From Candidatus Bathyarchaeia archaeon (GTDB lineage Archaea > Thermoproteota > Bathyarchaeia > TCS64), in NCBI GenBank assembly GCA_050014495.1, contig JBEKDF010000002.1:32001-96000 (forward strand): a stretch of DNA of 64,000 nucleotides. The letters run 5' to 3'. The notes beneath the pieces were generated by a model. It saw only the letters and a program-made list of their open reading frames with translations, was not told the DNA's origin and ran no database searches. This document shows positions 20,433 to 30,520 of this stretch, piece after piece (position 1 is the stretch's first letter; every line of letters starts with the position of its first letter). Made by a program: the position numbers and the translations under genes.

Positions 20433-22505
20433 TTGGCACGCGACCCAGTCTGCGGGATGTACGTTGACGAGGATCACGCTGCCTTCAAGGTCGAGCAGGG
20501 TGGTAAGACCTATTACTTCTGCAGCGAGGGTTGCATGCTCACCTTCCAGCAGCCCGACAAGGAACTGAAGAAACTCAAGAATCTCGCGATCTTCAGCCTA
20601 ATTCTCGGTGCCCTGACATTCATCGTGATGTTCGCAAATCTTCCACTCCCACTGCTCCCAATGGAGTGGTGGGCATTCCTCCTCGCGACTCCCGTTCAGT
20701 TCGTTGCGGGGTGGAGGTACTACCGTGGGGCGTGGGGTGCGTTGAAGGCTAGGACCGCCAACATGGACACCCTGATAGTCATAGGATCGACCACCGCCTG
20801 GGCCTACAGTACGTTCGTCGTGCTCTTCCCCCAGTGGGCGCCAAGCATGGACATCTACTTCGACGCCTCAGCCCTCATATTAGCCCTCATCCTGATTGGG
20901 AAGTACCTTGAGGAGGTCGCCAGGGGCCGGGCCTCGGATGCTGTGAGAAAGCTCCTCGACCTCCAGCCACCAATGGCACGGATAGTCAGAGAGAATGGCT
21001 CTGAGGATGAGGTCGGCGTCGAGACCATCATGCCGATGGACATTCTCCGCGTCAAGCCGGGGGAGCGCATACCCCTCGACGGCGTCATCGTCGACGGGAT
21101 AAGCAGTGTCGACGAGAGCATGATCACGGGTGAGAGTGTCCCAGTATCGAAGAAGGTGGGGGACGAGGTCATCGGTGGCACGATGAATAAGGAGGGGAGC
21201 TTCAAGATGGACGTCACCAAGATTGGGATGAATACAACCCTCCAGCAGATAGTGCAGATGGTGGAGGAAGCGCAGCTCAGCAAGGCTCCCATACAGCGCT
21301 TCGCCGACACGATCGCGGCCTACTTCACCCCCACAATACTAATCATAGCCACCCTATCCGCCCTAGGCTGGTTCTACATCGCCCACGAGACCTTCGGCGT
21401 CGCTTTCACAACATTCATTGCAGTCGTAATTGTGGCCTGCCCCTGCGCGATGGGAATAGCCACACCGACGGCCATCCTGGTCGGCGCTGGGCTCGGAGCC
21501 CAGAACGGTATACTCATCAAGAACGGCGAGTTCCTTGAGAAGGCACGTAGCCTACAGGTCGTCGCATTCGATAAAACTGGTACTCTCACTAAAGGTGAGC
21601 TAGCTGTAACAGATGTCGTGGGCGATAAGCCCGACGAGCTACTCCTCGCAGCCGCAAGCCTCGAGAAGCTAAGCGAGCATCCCATCGGCACCGCAATCGT
21701 GAGGAAAGCTGAGGAGAAGGGGCTCAAGATATTTGATCCCACTAACTTCGAAGCACTAGCGGGCAGGGGGGTCAAGGGATCCATCGGGAGTAGAAGATAC
21801 GTCGTTGGAACCAGCCGCCTCATGGAGGAGGTGAAGGTTGAGATACCTGACGAGGTGAAGAGGCAGGCCGAGTCCCTCTACGACCAGGGGAAGACCCTCG
21901 CCTTCGTGGCAGCAAACGATAAGGTGGTCGGTATAATCGCTGTCGCGGACCAGATTAAGGAGAACGCACCTAAGGCTGTGAAGAAGCTCATCGACATGGG
22001 CCTCAAGGTCATCATGATAACCGGCGACAACAAGAGAACGGCCGATGCCATAGCGAAGCAAGTTGGCATAAACGACTATAGAGCTGAGGTCCTCCCCGAG
22101 GACAAGGTGAAGGTCGTCAAGGAGCTGCAGAAGGAGGGATTAATCGTCGCCATGGTTGGAGACGGCGTAAACGACGCTCCCGCCCTCGCCGCCAGCGATG
22201 TGGGCATCGCCCTCGGTAGCGGCACGGACATCGCCATTGAGACGGGAGGAATCGTCCTCATAAAGAACAACCTCGAGGACGTAGCGAGGGCCATCGACCT
22301 CAGCAAGCGCACATACAATAAGATCAAGCAGAACCTCTTCTGGGCCTTCGCCTATAATACGGCGCTTATCCCAGTCGCCGCCGGTGTCCTCATTCCCTGG
22401 GGGCTACAGATGAACCCCATACTCGCCGCTGGCGCGATGGCGATGAGCAGCATAACAGTTGTCAGCAACAGCCTCCTGCTCCGCAGGTGGAAACCAAGGG
22501 AATAG
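20433..22505 (+). CDS. copA: Cu(I)-translocating P1B ATPase with N-terminal YHS/TRASH domain
   Basis: DPVCGM..YYFCS..C, TGES, CPC, DKTGTLT, SEHP, GDGVND, YN and M..SS. Confidence 0.95.
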   Translation: MARDPVCGMYVDEDHAAFKVEQGGKTYYFCSEGCMLTFQQPDKELKKLKNLAIFSLILGALTFIVMFANLPLPLLPMEWWAFLLATPVQFVAGWRYYRGAWGALKARTANMDTLIVIGSTTAWAYSTFVVLFPQWAPSMDIYFDASALILALILIGKYLEEVARGRASDAVRKLLDLQPPMARIVRENGSEDEVGVETIMPMDILRVKPGERIPLDGVIVDGISSVDESMITGESVPVSKKVGDEVIGGTMNKEGSFKMDVTKIGMNTTLQQIVQMVEEAQLSKAPIQRFADTIAAYFTPTILIIATLSALGWFYIAHETFGVAFTTFIAVVIVACPCAMGIATPTAILVGAGLGAQNGILIKNGEFLEKARSLQVVAFDKTGTLTKGELAVTDVVGDKPDELLLAAASLEKLSEHPIGTAIVRKAEEKGLKIFDPTNFEALAGRGVKGSIGSRRYVVGTSRLMEEVKVEIPDEVKRQAESLYDQGKTLAFVAANDKVVGIIAVADQIKENAPKAVKKLIDMGLKVIMITGDNKRTADAIAKQVGINDYRAEVLPEDKVKVVKELQKEGLIVAMVGDGVNDAPALAASDVGIALGSGTDIAIETGGIVLIKNNLEDVARAIDLSKRTYNKIKQNLFWAFAYNTALIPVAAGVLIPWGLQMNPILAAGAMAMSSITVVSNSLLLRRWKPRE

Positions 22506-22507
22506 CC

Positions 22508-23086
22508 ATGGCCGATGTCACGAAGGAGATCGGGATCACCCGAATGGACTGCCCGACATGCGTCGTAACATTAGAGAAGTCAGTGATGAAGGTCCTCGGT
22601 GTAAGGAAGGCCCAGGGCAACTATCTCAAGAAGACGCTAAAGGTCACCTACGACGAGACGATCCCCTTAGCTGCCATAGAGAAGGCGATTGAGGATGTTG
22701 GCTACCAGGTCGCCTATAAAAAGTATCCGAGTCCCCTATCAAAGCTGAGAGGCTTATTCAGCAGAGGAGAGTCTAATGAGATAACCCCCATCACGGACCC
22801 CGAGTTCCGGGACAAGGTGCTTGGCTCCGCGAAGTCCGTCGCTGTACTCTTCAGTAGCGAGGGTTGCCCAGCCTGCCAGGTTCTCAAGCCCCAGATTAAG
22901 GCCCTTGCCGAGAAGCAGGCGTCGATGGTCAACTTCTACGAGATGGACGTCACCCAAACGGAGTCTTGGAAGGAGTACCACGTCATGGGTATCCCCACCA
23001 TCCTCATCTTCAGAGGCGGGGAACCTGCGAAGCGATTCGGCGCCATGCTTAGGGTCGACGAACTGGAGAAAGCACTCACCTTATGA
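22508..23086 (+). CDS. HMA (CopZ-like)-thioredoxin fusion protein
   Basis: N-terminal MDCPTC; C-terminal Trx fold with GCPAC and GIPT. Confidence 0.85.
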   Translation: MADVTKEIGITRMDCPTCVVTLEKSVMKVLGVRKAQGNYLKKTLKVTYDETIPLAAIEKAIEDVGYQVAYKKYPSPLSKLRGLFSRGESNEITPITDPEFRDKVLGSAKSVAVLFSSEGCPACQVLKPQIKALAEKQASMVNFYEMDVTQTESWKEYHVMGIPTILIFRGGEPAKRFGAMLRVDELEKALTL

Positions 23087-23112
23087 CCGGCAAATTTGAG
23101 GTAATTTTATAG

Positions 23113-24951
23113 ATGAGCCCCCGGTATTCATCAAAGCCCCCGGTGCACAGCGTGAACACACTCCACCACAACAGCGTCATAGTCCCCCCGAAGTACATAG
23201 GCCGAGGCCTCTCCATACAGATCAAAGGCCAACTCACGAAACTAAACGACCAGCAGGAGGAGATGGCCATCTCCTGGGCGAAGAAGGTCGGTACCCCCTA
23301 CGTTGACGACCCCAAATTCGCCGAGAACTTCCATGAGGACTTTGGCAAGGCTCTCGGCGTGAAGCTCCTTCCTGGTGATGTCGAGTTCAGTGATATCATA
23401 CAGCTAGTGCAGAGGGAGAGGGAGGAGAAGCAGAACCTTCCCCCCGAGGTGAAGAAGGCGCAGGCTGTAGAGAGGAAGGCCCTGCGCGATGCTAACAAGG
23501 AGAAGTACGGCTACGCTACCGTAGACGGGCAGCGCATGGAGCTCGGTAACTACAACGTGGAGCCCAACAGCATATTCATGGGGCGCGGCCAGCACCCCTG
23601 GAGGGGCAGGTGGAAGCAGGGCCCAACCTACGAGGACATCGAGCTCAACCTCAGCCCAGACGCACCTAGACCCCCAGGTAACTGGAAGGCGATTGTCTGG
23701 GAGCCGGACACAATGTGGATAGCCCGCTGGACCGACAAGCTCAGTGGTAAGAAGAAGTACGTCTGGCCCGGGGACGCGAGCTTCCTCAAGCAGAGGAAGG
23801 ACATGGAGAAGTACGAGAAGGCGCGCTCCCTCAAGGAGAAGCTCGACGAGGTAAAGGCACACATCGAAGGCAACCTAACCACCGAGGACCTGAAGAGACG
23901 TAAGACGGCGACGGTCTGCTACCTCATCGACCGCCTCAAGTTCAGGGTCGGTGACGAGAAGGACGATGAAGACGAGGCCGACACTGTGGGCGCGAGCACG
24001 CTCCGTCCCGAGCACGTATGCTTCAACAGGGATGGTTCCGTCACCTTCAACTTCTTGGGCAAGGACTCGGTGCCGATGAATATCACAGCCCAACTCCCAC
24101 CGAAGGTTGTGCAGAACCTACGCGACTTCGCCGCAGGCGCGGGGAAGGAGAGCCTATTCGAGGGCATAAACTCGGGCCACGTTGGCGACTTCCTCAAGGA
24201 GATAATGGAAGGGCTCAGCGCCAAGGTCTTCAGGACCCTTTATGCAACCGACGCCGTCGGTGGAAAGCTCTCTACTCAGCTGGTGAAGCCCGAGGACCCA
24301 GACTATATCAAGCGCCAAGTTGCCCTCAAGGCTAACTTAGAGGCAGCCATAGTCTGCAACCATAAGCGTACCATCCCCAAGACGTGGCAGCAGAGCCTCC
24401 AGAAGAAGAAGGACCGCTTGAAACAGCTTGAGGCTAAGGCCACTGCCTATGAGAAGGCGATCCGCCAGAAGTTAGCGGATGGCGAGAAGAAGTACCGAGA
24501 GAAGCTCGTGGAAGCTGAAAAGAGGCTCGCCGAAGCGGAGAAGAGGGAGGAAGAGCTACGTGCGCAGCTCGCAGAGGTCGAGAAGGCTTGCGGTGACCAG
24601 AAGACCCCGAGGAAGCGCCTATCATCCGCTCGGGAGAAGACCAAATCGGTCCGGGATCACATAAGGAAGCTTAAAAATGCCTATATCACTGCCTCGCTGA
24701 AGGAGAAGCAGCAGTTAGAAGGGAAGCGTCTACGTGGAAGGGAGGCCATCGAGAGGATGAGGCTACAGGTCGAGGCCCAGGAGATGACGCGTGACTACAA
24801 CCTTGGCACGAGCTTGAAGAACTACATCGACCCTCGAATCTACTACGATTGGGGGAAGAAGGTGAGCTTTGACTGGCGCAGCTACTACCCCAAGACGCTT
24901 CAGAAAAAGTTCAGTTGGATCGAAGAGCAGCCCGAAGACGAAGAATCATAA
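23113..24951 (+). CDS. top1B: DNA topoisomerase IB, eukaryote-like (start may be GTG 23143/23152)
   Basis: F.GRG.HP..G, FRVGDEK, ADTVG, FLGKDS, KVFRT, CNH.R, coiled-coil linker, LGTS..NYIDPR. Confidence 0.95.
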   Translation: MSPRYSSKPPVHSVNTLHHNSVIVPPKYIGRGLSIQIKGQLTKLNDQQEEMAISWAKKVGTPYVDDPKFAENFHEDFGKALGVKLLPGDVEFSDIIQLVQREREEKQNLPPEVKKAQAVERKALRDANKEKYGYATVDGQRMELGNYNVEPNSIFMGRGQHPWRGRWKQGPTYEDIELNLSPDAPRPPGNWKAIVWEPDTMWIARWTDKLSGKKKYVWPGDASFLKQRKDMEKYEKARSLKEKLDEVKAHIEGNLTTEDLKRRKTATVCYLIDRLKFRVGDEKDDEDEADTVGASTLRPEHVCFNRDGSVTFNFLGKDSVPMNITAQLPPKVVQNLRDFAAGAGKESLFEGINSGHVGDFLKEIMEGLSAKVFRTLYATDAVGGKLSTQLVKPEDPDYIKRQVALKANLEAAIVCNHKRTIPKTWQQSLQKKKDRLKQLEAKATAYEKAIRQKLADGEKKYREKLVEAEKRLAEAEKREEELRAQLAEVEKACGDQKTPRKRLSSAREKTKSVRDHIRKLKNAYITASLKEKQQLEGKRLRGREAIERMRLQVEAQEMTRDYNLGTSLKNYIDPRIYYDWGKKVSFDWRSYYPKTLQKKFSWIEEQPEDEES

Positions 24952-24975
24952 GCTCGGTACACACCCTTCAACCCT

Positions 24976-25773
24976 ATGAGAAACCTGGTTAAGCACAAGC
25001 TCAAGGCCGGGAAACCGGCAATAGGGACCTGGGTGTCGATTGGTCACCCCGACATGACTATGTACCTAGCGGACATGGGCTTCGATTGGCTTGTATGCGA
25101 CATGGAGCACAGCGCATATGGCCCTGAGACCTACCATAGCCTCGTCCAGGGGATGCTCTACGCCCGTGATAAATGCATGCCGTTGGCGCGTATCCCGTGG
25201 ATAGACCTAATCTGGTGCAAGAAGGTGCTGGACGCTGGCGCGATGGGTTTGGTCCTGCCTCGCGTGGAGTCTGCGAAGATGGCGAAGGAGGCCGTCCGTC
25301 TAATGAAGTACCCTCCACAGGGCGAGAGGGGGGCGGGACCGCGCCTCGCGGCGTTCCGTGACCCAGACTACTTCAAGACGGCGAACGATGAGATACTCGT
25401 CATCCCCATGATTGAGACGGTCGAGGGGGTGGAAAAGCTCGACGAGATATTCAGCGTCGAGGGGGTCGACGCCTGCTTCGTGGGGCCGAGCGACCTCAGC
25501 CTCGACATGGGCATCCACAAGCAGTATACGAACCCCAAGTTCATCGAGGCCCTCGATAAGGTAGTGGATGCGGGGCGCGAGCACGGCGTCGCACCTGGGA
25601 TGCACTGCTTCGTCACTCAGGATGCCACGGACATAAACGATGCCATCAAGCGTGGATTCAGGTTCTGCGCTCTAGATACCGACCTTGGCTACCTGAGCCG
25701 CTCGGTGAAGACGACCCTCGGCTACGTCAAGGGGTGGAAACCGGGTGAAGGCGGAGAGGCACCAGCAGTCTAA
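24976..25773 (+). CDS. HpcH/HpaI class II aldolase
   Basis: D.EH, LDAGA.G, YPP.G.RG, MIET, F.GP.DLS. Confidence 0.93.
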   Translation: MRNLVKHKLKAGKPAIGTWVSIGHPDMTMYLADMGFDWLVCDMEHSAYGPETYHSLVQGMLYARDKCMPLARIPWIDLIWCKKVLDAGAMGLVLPRVESAKMAKEAVRLMKYPPQGERGAGPRLAAFRDPDYFKTANDEILVIPMIETVEGVEKLDEIFSVEGVDACFVGPSDLSLDMGIHKQYTNPKFIEALDKVVDAGREHGVAPGMHCFVTQDATDINDAIKRGFRFCALDTDLGYLSRSVKTTLGYVKGWKPGEGGEAPAV

Positions 25774-25804
25774 GCCTATATTCTAATCCTCCTCTTTCTA
25801 ACCC

Positions 25805-26720
25805 CTGATAACCCCCGCTGACGTAAGCGGCCTCAAAATCACGACGATTCTCGACAATCTCACACAGAGCACCGGTCCAGTGGGACACTGGGGATTCTCC
25901 GCTCTTCTCAACTATGAGGTGACGGGCTTTCGGAGGGGCGTCCTCCTCGACACCGGAAGCGACCGGGACTGCTTCCTCAGAAACCTCAAGGAGTTGAAGA
26001 TAGACCTAGCTGGATTAGACGCCATAGTGCTAAGCCACGGACACTATGATCACACATCCGCCACGGTGGAGGCCGTGAAGGCGGCGGGTGGTGTGAAAGT
26101 ATTCGCCCACCCCTCTGCGTTCTCGCCGTCATTCATAGTCAACGAGAAGGGAGAGAGGCGTAAAATATCCATCCCCGAGGGGCAGGGGCTCGCGGAGATC
26201 GAGGCGGCAGGGGGTAAGATGATATTATCTCGTATCCCCGTCGAGGTCACACCCGGCGTCTGGGCCACCGGTGAGGTCCCGAGGAAAAGCTTCGAGACCA
26301 TCATGGAGCTGGGCAGGTCGCGGCTGGTGAAGGTCGAGGGAGGCTCCGAGAAAGGGGATCAGATCCCCGATGACCAATCCCTTTTCCTCCATGAGAGGGG
26401 TGTCGGGCTCGTCGTGGTTACCGGATGTACACACTCCGGTCCCCTAAACATCCTGAGCCACGTAGAAGCTCTGGTGGGGGATATGGTGAGGGCGATTATT
26501 GGTGGGACACACCTCACAGGTAGGAGCCGAGTATACCTACATGACAATCGATGGGCTGAGGCAATTCGACCTCCAACTTTTATCCCCCTGCCACTGCACC
26601 GAGTTCAAGGCGATGGCTGAACTAGCTCGAACCTTCCCTACCACCTTCGAGTTAAATTACTCGGAGAGAACGCTTGAGCCTGAGAAGATACTCTGGGAAA
26701 GAGAAAAAGGTAGTCTATAG
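25805..26720 (+). pseudogene. MBL-fold hydrolase (DHPS-like), frameshifted near 26521-26541, probable CTG start
   Basis: LKITTILDN, LDTG, SHGHYDH, DDQSL, TGCTHSG and GGTH lie in one frame; PCHCT lies in another (ORF 26499-26720). Confidence 0.8.
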
Positions 26721-27569
26721 CTCCACGAACTTCTCGATCTCGGCTACGATACCGATGAAGGCCTTCGCTGCTGGACTGTTGGGGTTCTCAGAGACGAAGG
26801 GGGTCCCCGAGTCGGAGTTCTGAGCTATCTTGGGTTCGAGGGGGATGGAGCCGAGGAAAGGTACTCCCATCTCTGAGGCTACGCGCTCCGCCACGCCACT
26901 GCCAAAGAGGTCTATTCTCTTATTACAGTGAGGGCAGATGAGGTAACTCATGTTCTCGACTACACCTATCACGGGTGCCTTGAGCTGGCGGGCGAATGAG
27001 ATGGACTTCTCCACGACCTGGCCGCTCACCTCGTTGGGCATCGTGACTATGACGACGCCGTCGATTCCCGGTAGTAATTGGAGGACGGTTAGCGATTCGT
27101 CACCAGTCCCCGGTGGGAGGTCAATGAGGAGGTAGTCGAGTTCACCCCAATCAACGTCTGTGAGCAGCTGCCTTATGGCCACCATCTTGAGGGGGCCACG
27201 CCAGATTACGGGTGAGTCCTGGCTCGGGAGTAGGAAGTCCATCGAGGCGACCTTGATCCCGGATGGCGTCATCGGTGGGATTATGCCGTTCTCACCAGCC
27301 TCGAGATGCGCACCCTTGAGTCCCAGCATCTTAGGTACTGTGGGCCCGTGGAGGTCCGCGTCCAGAACACCAACCTTCTTCCCCTTTGCGGCGAGCGTCG
27401 TTGCGAGGTTGACCGTGACGAGGCTCTTCCCCACCCCGCCCTTCCCGCTCATAACCGCTACCTTGTGCCTGACCCTCTCCATACGCTCCCTGAGCTGCTT
27501 GAGCTCCTCCACGCGCCTAACGAAGGCTTCCGCTTCCTCAGACTTTCGAGCCTCATCAACCGCATCCAT
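26715..27569 (-). CDS. mrp: Mrp/NBP35 Fe-S cluster carrier ATPase
   Basis: SGKGGVGKS, DAD.HGP, WRGP, DLPPGTGD, ENMS..CPHC. Confidence 0.95.
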   Translation of the reverse strand: MDAVDEARKSEEAEAFVRRVEELKQLRERMERVRHKVAVMSGKGGVGKSLVTVNLATTLAAKGKKVGVLDADLHGPTVPKMLGLKGAHLEAGENGIIPPMTPSGIKVASMDFLLPSQDSPVIWRGPLKMVAIRQLLTDVDWGELDYLLIDLPPGTGDESLTVLQLLPGIDGVVIVTMPNEVSGQVVEKSISFARQLKAPVIGVVENMSYLICPHCNKRIDLFGSGVAERVASEMGVPFLGSIPLEPKIAQNSDSGTPFVSENPNSPAAKAFIGIVAEIEKFVEL

Positions 27570-27681
27570 CTAAGGGACCTAGTGAGGGTCACCCTGCAGG
27601 GTGTATAAACTCTACCCCGACTCGACATCTGAGCAATTAGTATTTTAACCTCCTCGACAGTCTCACTCCGAGTGGTCCCCC

Positions 27682-28209
27682 TTGATCGAGAGGCTGAAGC
27701 GTAGGCTTCGCGGCATAGAAGCGCTTGATGCGTGGGCTGCCGTTGCTATTCTGCTCAGGGAGGAAGAGGACGACTATGAGACCCTCCTCGTCAAGAGGGC
27801 GGTCGTACCTGGTGACCCGTGGTCAGGGGACATGGCATTCCCCGGGGGGAAGAAAGCGCCGCAGGATAGAACCCTCAGAGACACTGTCGTGCGGGAGGTC
27901 AGCGAAGAGACCAGCATAGACCTTGACTCACTCACCTACATAGGAGCGCTGCCAATCATTTTCTCCTCAATGAAGCCGGATAGGGATGTGCTCCCAATAG
28001 TCTACCTCTACAAGGGCAGGCCGGAGATCAGGCTCAACCTGGAGCTCACCGCCTACATGTGGATACACCTTAAGGATCTTAGGGCGAGCAGGACGACGGC
28101 GAAGGTGAAAGAGTGGGATGGCGAGGTCTTCAAACTGGGGGAGAATGTCGTCTGGGGGCTCACCTACAGAATGCTGGACAATCTCCTCAGCCTAATGGAT
28201 GAGGGCTAG
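27682..28209 (+). CDS. Nudix hydrolase, CoA-pyrophosphatase-like
   Basis: DPWSG..AFPGG, RE..EE Nudix box, VWGLT. Confidence 0.88.
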   Translation: MIERLKRRLRGIEALDAWAAVAILLREEEDDYETLLVKRAVVPGDPWSGDMAFPGGKKAPQDRTLRDTVVREVSEETSIDLDSLTYIGALPIIFSSMKPDRDVLPIVYLYKGRPEIRLNLELTAYMWIHLKDLRASRTTAKVKEWDGEVFKLGENVVWGLTYRMLDNLLSLMDEG

Positions 28210-29075
28210 CCCAAGGCCTTCTTGAGTGCTTTAGCGACATCGACAGGTTGTTCGCCGATGGCTGCACTTGCTCCCCTTAAGGCGTTTATCTTGCTGTCAG
28301 CGGAACCTGTGGAGCCTTGGATTATCGCGCCTGCGTGGCCCATCCTCTTCCCGGGGACGGCGGCGCGCCCGGCGATGTATGCCGCGACAGGCTTTGTGAA
28401 GCCACCAGAGGCTATGAAGTCGGCAGCCTTTTCCTCAGCATTCCCCCCAATCTCCCCGATGAGGGCGACGCCCCTAGTCTCGGGGTCCCTCTCGAACCAT
28501 TTGAGGAGCTCTATGTAGTCGAGGCCAACGATGGGGTCGCCACCGAGGCCGACGCATGTGGACTCGCCGAGTCCCTGGTTGGTGACGTGGGCTGCTATCT
28601 CGTAGAAGAGCGTCCCGCTCCTACTGATTATACCGACCGAGCCAGCTTTGAAGACCTGGTTCGGCATTATCCCAATCTTCGACTCCCCCGCCTTTATGAG
28701 GCCGGGTGTGTTGGGGCCAACGACTGTTGTGCCAGTCTGCTTCGCCCTCGCTACGAGCTCGATAGTGTCTCGGACGGGTATCCCCTCGGTTATGACGACG
28801 ACGGGATCCATCCCCGCCTCCATAGCCTCTAGGGCTGCGTCGAGAGCGCCAGGGGCTGGGACGAATATTATCGATGCGTCGCAGCCGCTCCTCTCTTTTG
28901 CCTCGGCGACTGTGTCGTAGACCGGGGTTCCATCGACATCCTGGCCGCCACGTCCCGGGGTTACCCCTGCAAGGACCTTTGTGCCATACTCCCTCATTCT
29001 CGCGGTGTGGAATCTGCCCTGTGTACCGGTTATCCCCTGAACGACTACCTTCGTGTCCTTGTTGATGAGTTTCAT
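28206..29075 (-). CDS. sucD: Succinyl-CoA ligase alpha subunit
   Basis: QGITG, ITEGIP, GPN.PG, SRSGTL, MGHAGA. Confidence 0.97.
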   Translation of the reverse strand: MKLINKDTKVVVQGITGTQGRFHTARMREYGTKVLAGVTPGRGGQDVDGTPVYDTVAEAKERSGCDASIIFVPAPGALDAALEAMEAGMDPVVVITEGIPVRDTIELVARAKQTGTTVVGPNTPGLIKAGESKIGIMPNQVFKAGSVGIISRSGTLFYEIAAHVTNQGLGESTCVGLGGDPIVGLDYIELLKWFERDPETRGVALIGEIGGNAEEKAADFIASGGFTKPVAAYIAGRAAVPGKRMGHAGAIIQGSTGSADSKINALRGASAAIGEQPVDVAKALKKALG

Positions 29076-29077
29076 TT

Positions 29078-30220
29078 TTAGACTCCCCTCGCGAGTTTGA
29101 CGGCTTTTTGTGCCGCCTCCTCCATTGTGTCATCCGTCTCTATGCCTGCACTGTGGAGGAGTCTCTTTCCCTCTTCCTCGTTCGTGCCCATCATGCGGAC
29201 GATTACGGGTTTATTGTCGCCGAGTTCCTTCCTAGCTTTGATGATGCCTATGGCGGTGTCATCGCAGCGGGTGATGCCGCCGAGAACGTTTACGAATAGA
29301 GCCTTGACCCTGCTGTCTCTGAGGATGAATTCGACCGCTTTGCCTATGCGGTCGGGGCTCGCTCCCCCTCCGAGGTCGAGGAAGTCCCTCGCCCTCCCCC
29401 CGTAGAGCATGACGGTGTCGAGGGTCGCCATGGTGAGGCCGGCGCCGTTGCCGATGATGCCTATGTCGCCATTCATCTCGACGTATATGAGGTCCATGGC
29501 GCGGGCCTCCATCTCCCGGGGTGTAAGCTCCCCCTCGAAGCTCTCTAGAAACTTCGCTTCGAGCTCCTTATGTCTGTAGAGGGCGTTGTTGTCCACATTG
29601 AGGCGTGCGTCGGCAGCTATGAATCCCTCTGCCGTCTCGATGAGTGGATTGATCTCCGTGAGCTCTGCATCCATCTCGTAGGAGACCCTATTGAGCCGTT
29701 GGATGATGTCGGATAGTTGCTGCATCTTCTTTCCAGTGTAGCCGAGGCTCTTAGCGATTGAAATGGCGTGGTAGCTCCTCAGTCCAGTCAACGGGTCGAC
29801 GCTGTACCTGACTATCTTCTCCGGACTCTTCGCAGCGATGTCCTCAATGTTCATGCCCCCCTCGATGGAGGCGAGGACCGTGTAGCACTTCGCCGTCCTG
29901 TCAACGATGACGCCGAGGTAGACCTCATGCTGAATGGTGAGCCGCTCCTCGACGAGAACCTTTCGGACGGGGAGGTCCTTGATCCTCATGGCTAGTATCT
30001 GCCTAGCGGCCTCCTCCGCCTCAGCAGGGGTGTCGGCGGGTTTGATACCGCCCGCCTTCCCCCTGCCACCGACACCTACTTGGGCCTTAACGACGACAGG
30101 TTTGCCAATCATCATCGAGGCGTCCCTCGCCTCCTCCGGCTTCGCGGCGATGACGCTCAACCCGAGAGGTATCCCATATCGCCTGAAGACATCCTTGGCC
30201 TCGTACTCTAGGAGCTTCAA
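29078..30220 (-). CDS. sucC: Succinyl-CoA ligase beta subunit
   Basis: L.EYEAK, KAQV..GGRGKAGG, EINPL, NGAGL.MAT.D, GGITRCD. Confidence 0.97.
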   Translation of the reverse strand: MKLLEYEAKDVFRRYGIPLGLSVIAAKPEEARDASMMIGKPVVVKAQVGVGGRGKAGGIKPADTPAEAEEAARQILAMRIKDLPVRKVLVEERLTIQHEVYLGVIVDRTAKCYTVLASIEGGMNIEDIAAKSPEKIVRYSVDPLTGLRSYHAISIAKSLGYTGKKMQQLSDIIQRLNRVSYEMDAELTEINPLIETAEGFIAADARLNVDNNALYRHKELEAKFLESFEGELTPREMEARAMDLIYVEMNGDIGIIGNGAGLTMATLDTVMLYGGRARDFLDLGGGASPDRIGKAVEFILRDSRVKALFVNVLGGITRCDDTAIGIIKARKELGDNKPVIVRMMGTNEEEGKRLLHSAGIETDDTMEEAAQKAVKLARGV

Positions 30221-30409
30221 CTAATCACCATCGATGGAGGATGTTATCCAGGTCGGGGTAGATAATTATTCTGGGTAGCTAAGACCTTATAGTCGACCGG
30301 AGTAAATGATTAAAGTTTTTAGCATTTTTCAAATAGATTCTTTACACGAGTACATAGGCAAAATTAATATTTGATGAGGGCAGTTTTCAGGCGGTTAGGT
30401 GAGTCGGAG

Positions 30410-30520
30410 TTGGCTACGGTCCCAACCCATTACGGTCAGACAGGATTCGCGATCGTCTACACGATAGCGCTTCTTGCTCTGCAGTCTCAGAAGGGGCTGA
30501 TGCTCTCCGTCTGGAAGTGA
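30410..30520 (+). CDS. Putative 36-aa single-TM peptide coupled to hppA (not in ORF track)
   Basis: GGTGA 7 nt before TTG; MATVPTHYGQTGFAIVYTIALLALQSQKGLMLSVWK; its TGA overlaps the hppA ATG (TGATG). Confidence 0.5.
   Translation: MATVPTHYGQTGFAIVYTIALLALQSQKGLMLSVWK

Noticed and set aside
30495..30510. Fluoride-riboswitch-like GCTGATG...CTCC upstream of hppA
   Set aside because: The 5' GGxGATGxxGTxCxCC element is missing and the 3' motif lacks the conserved GAC
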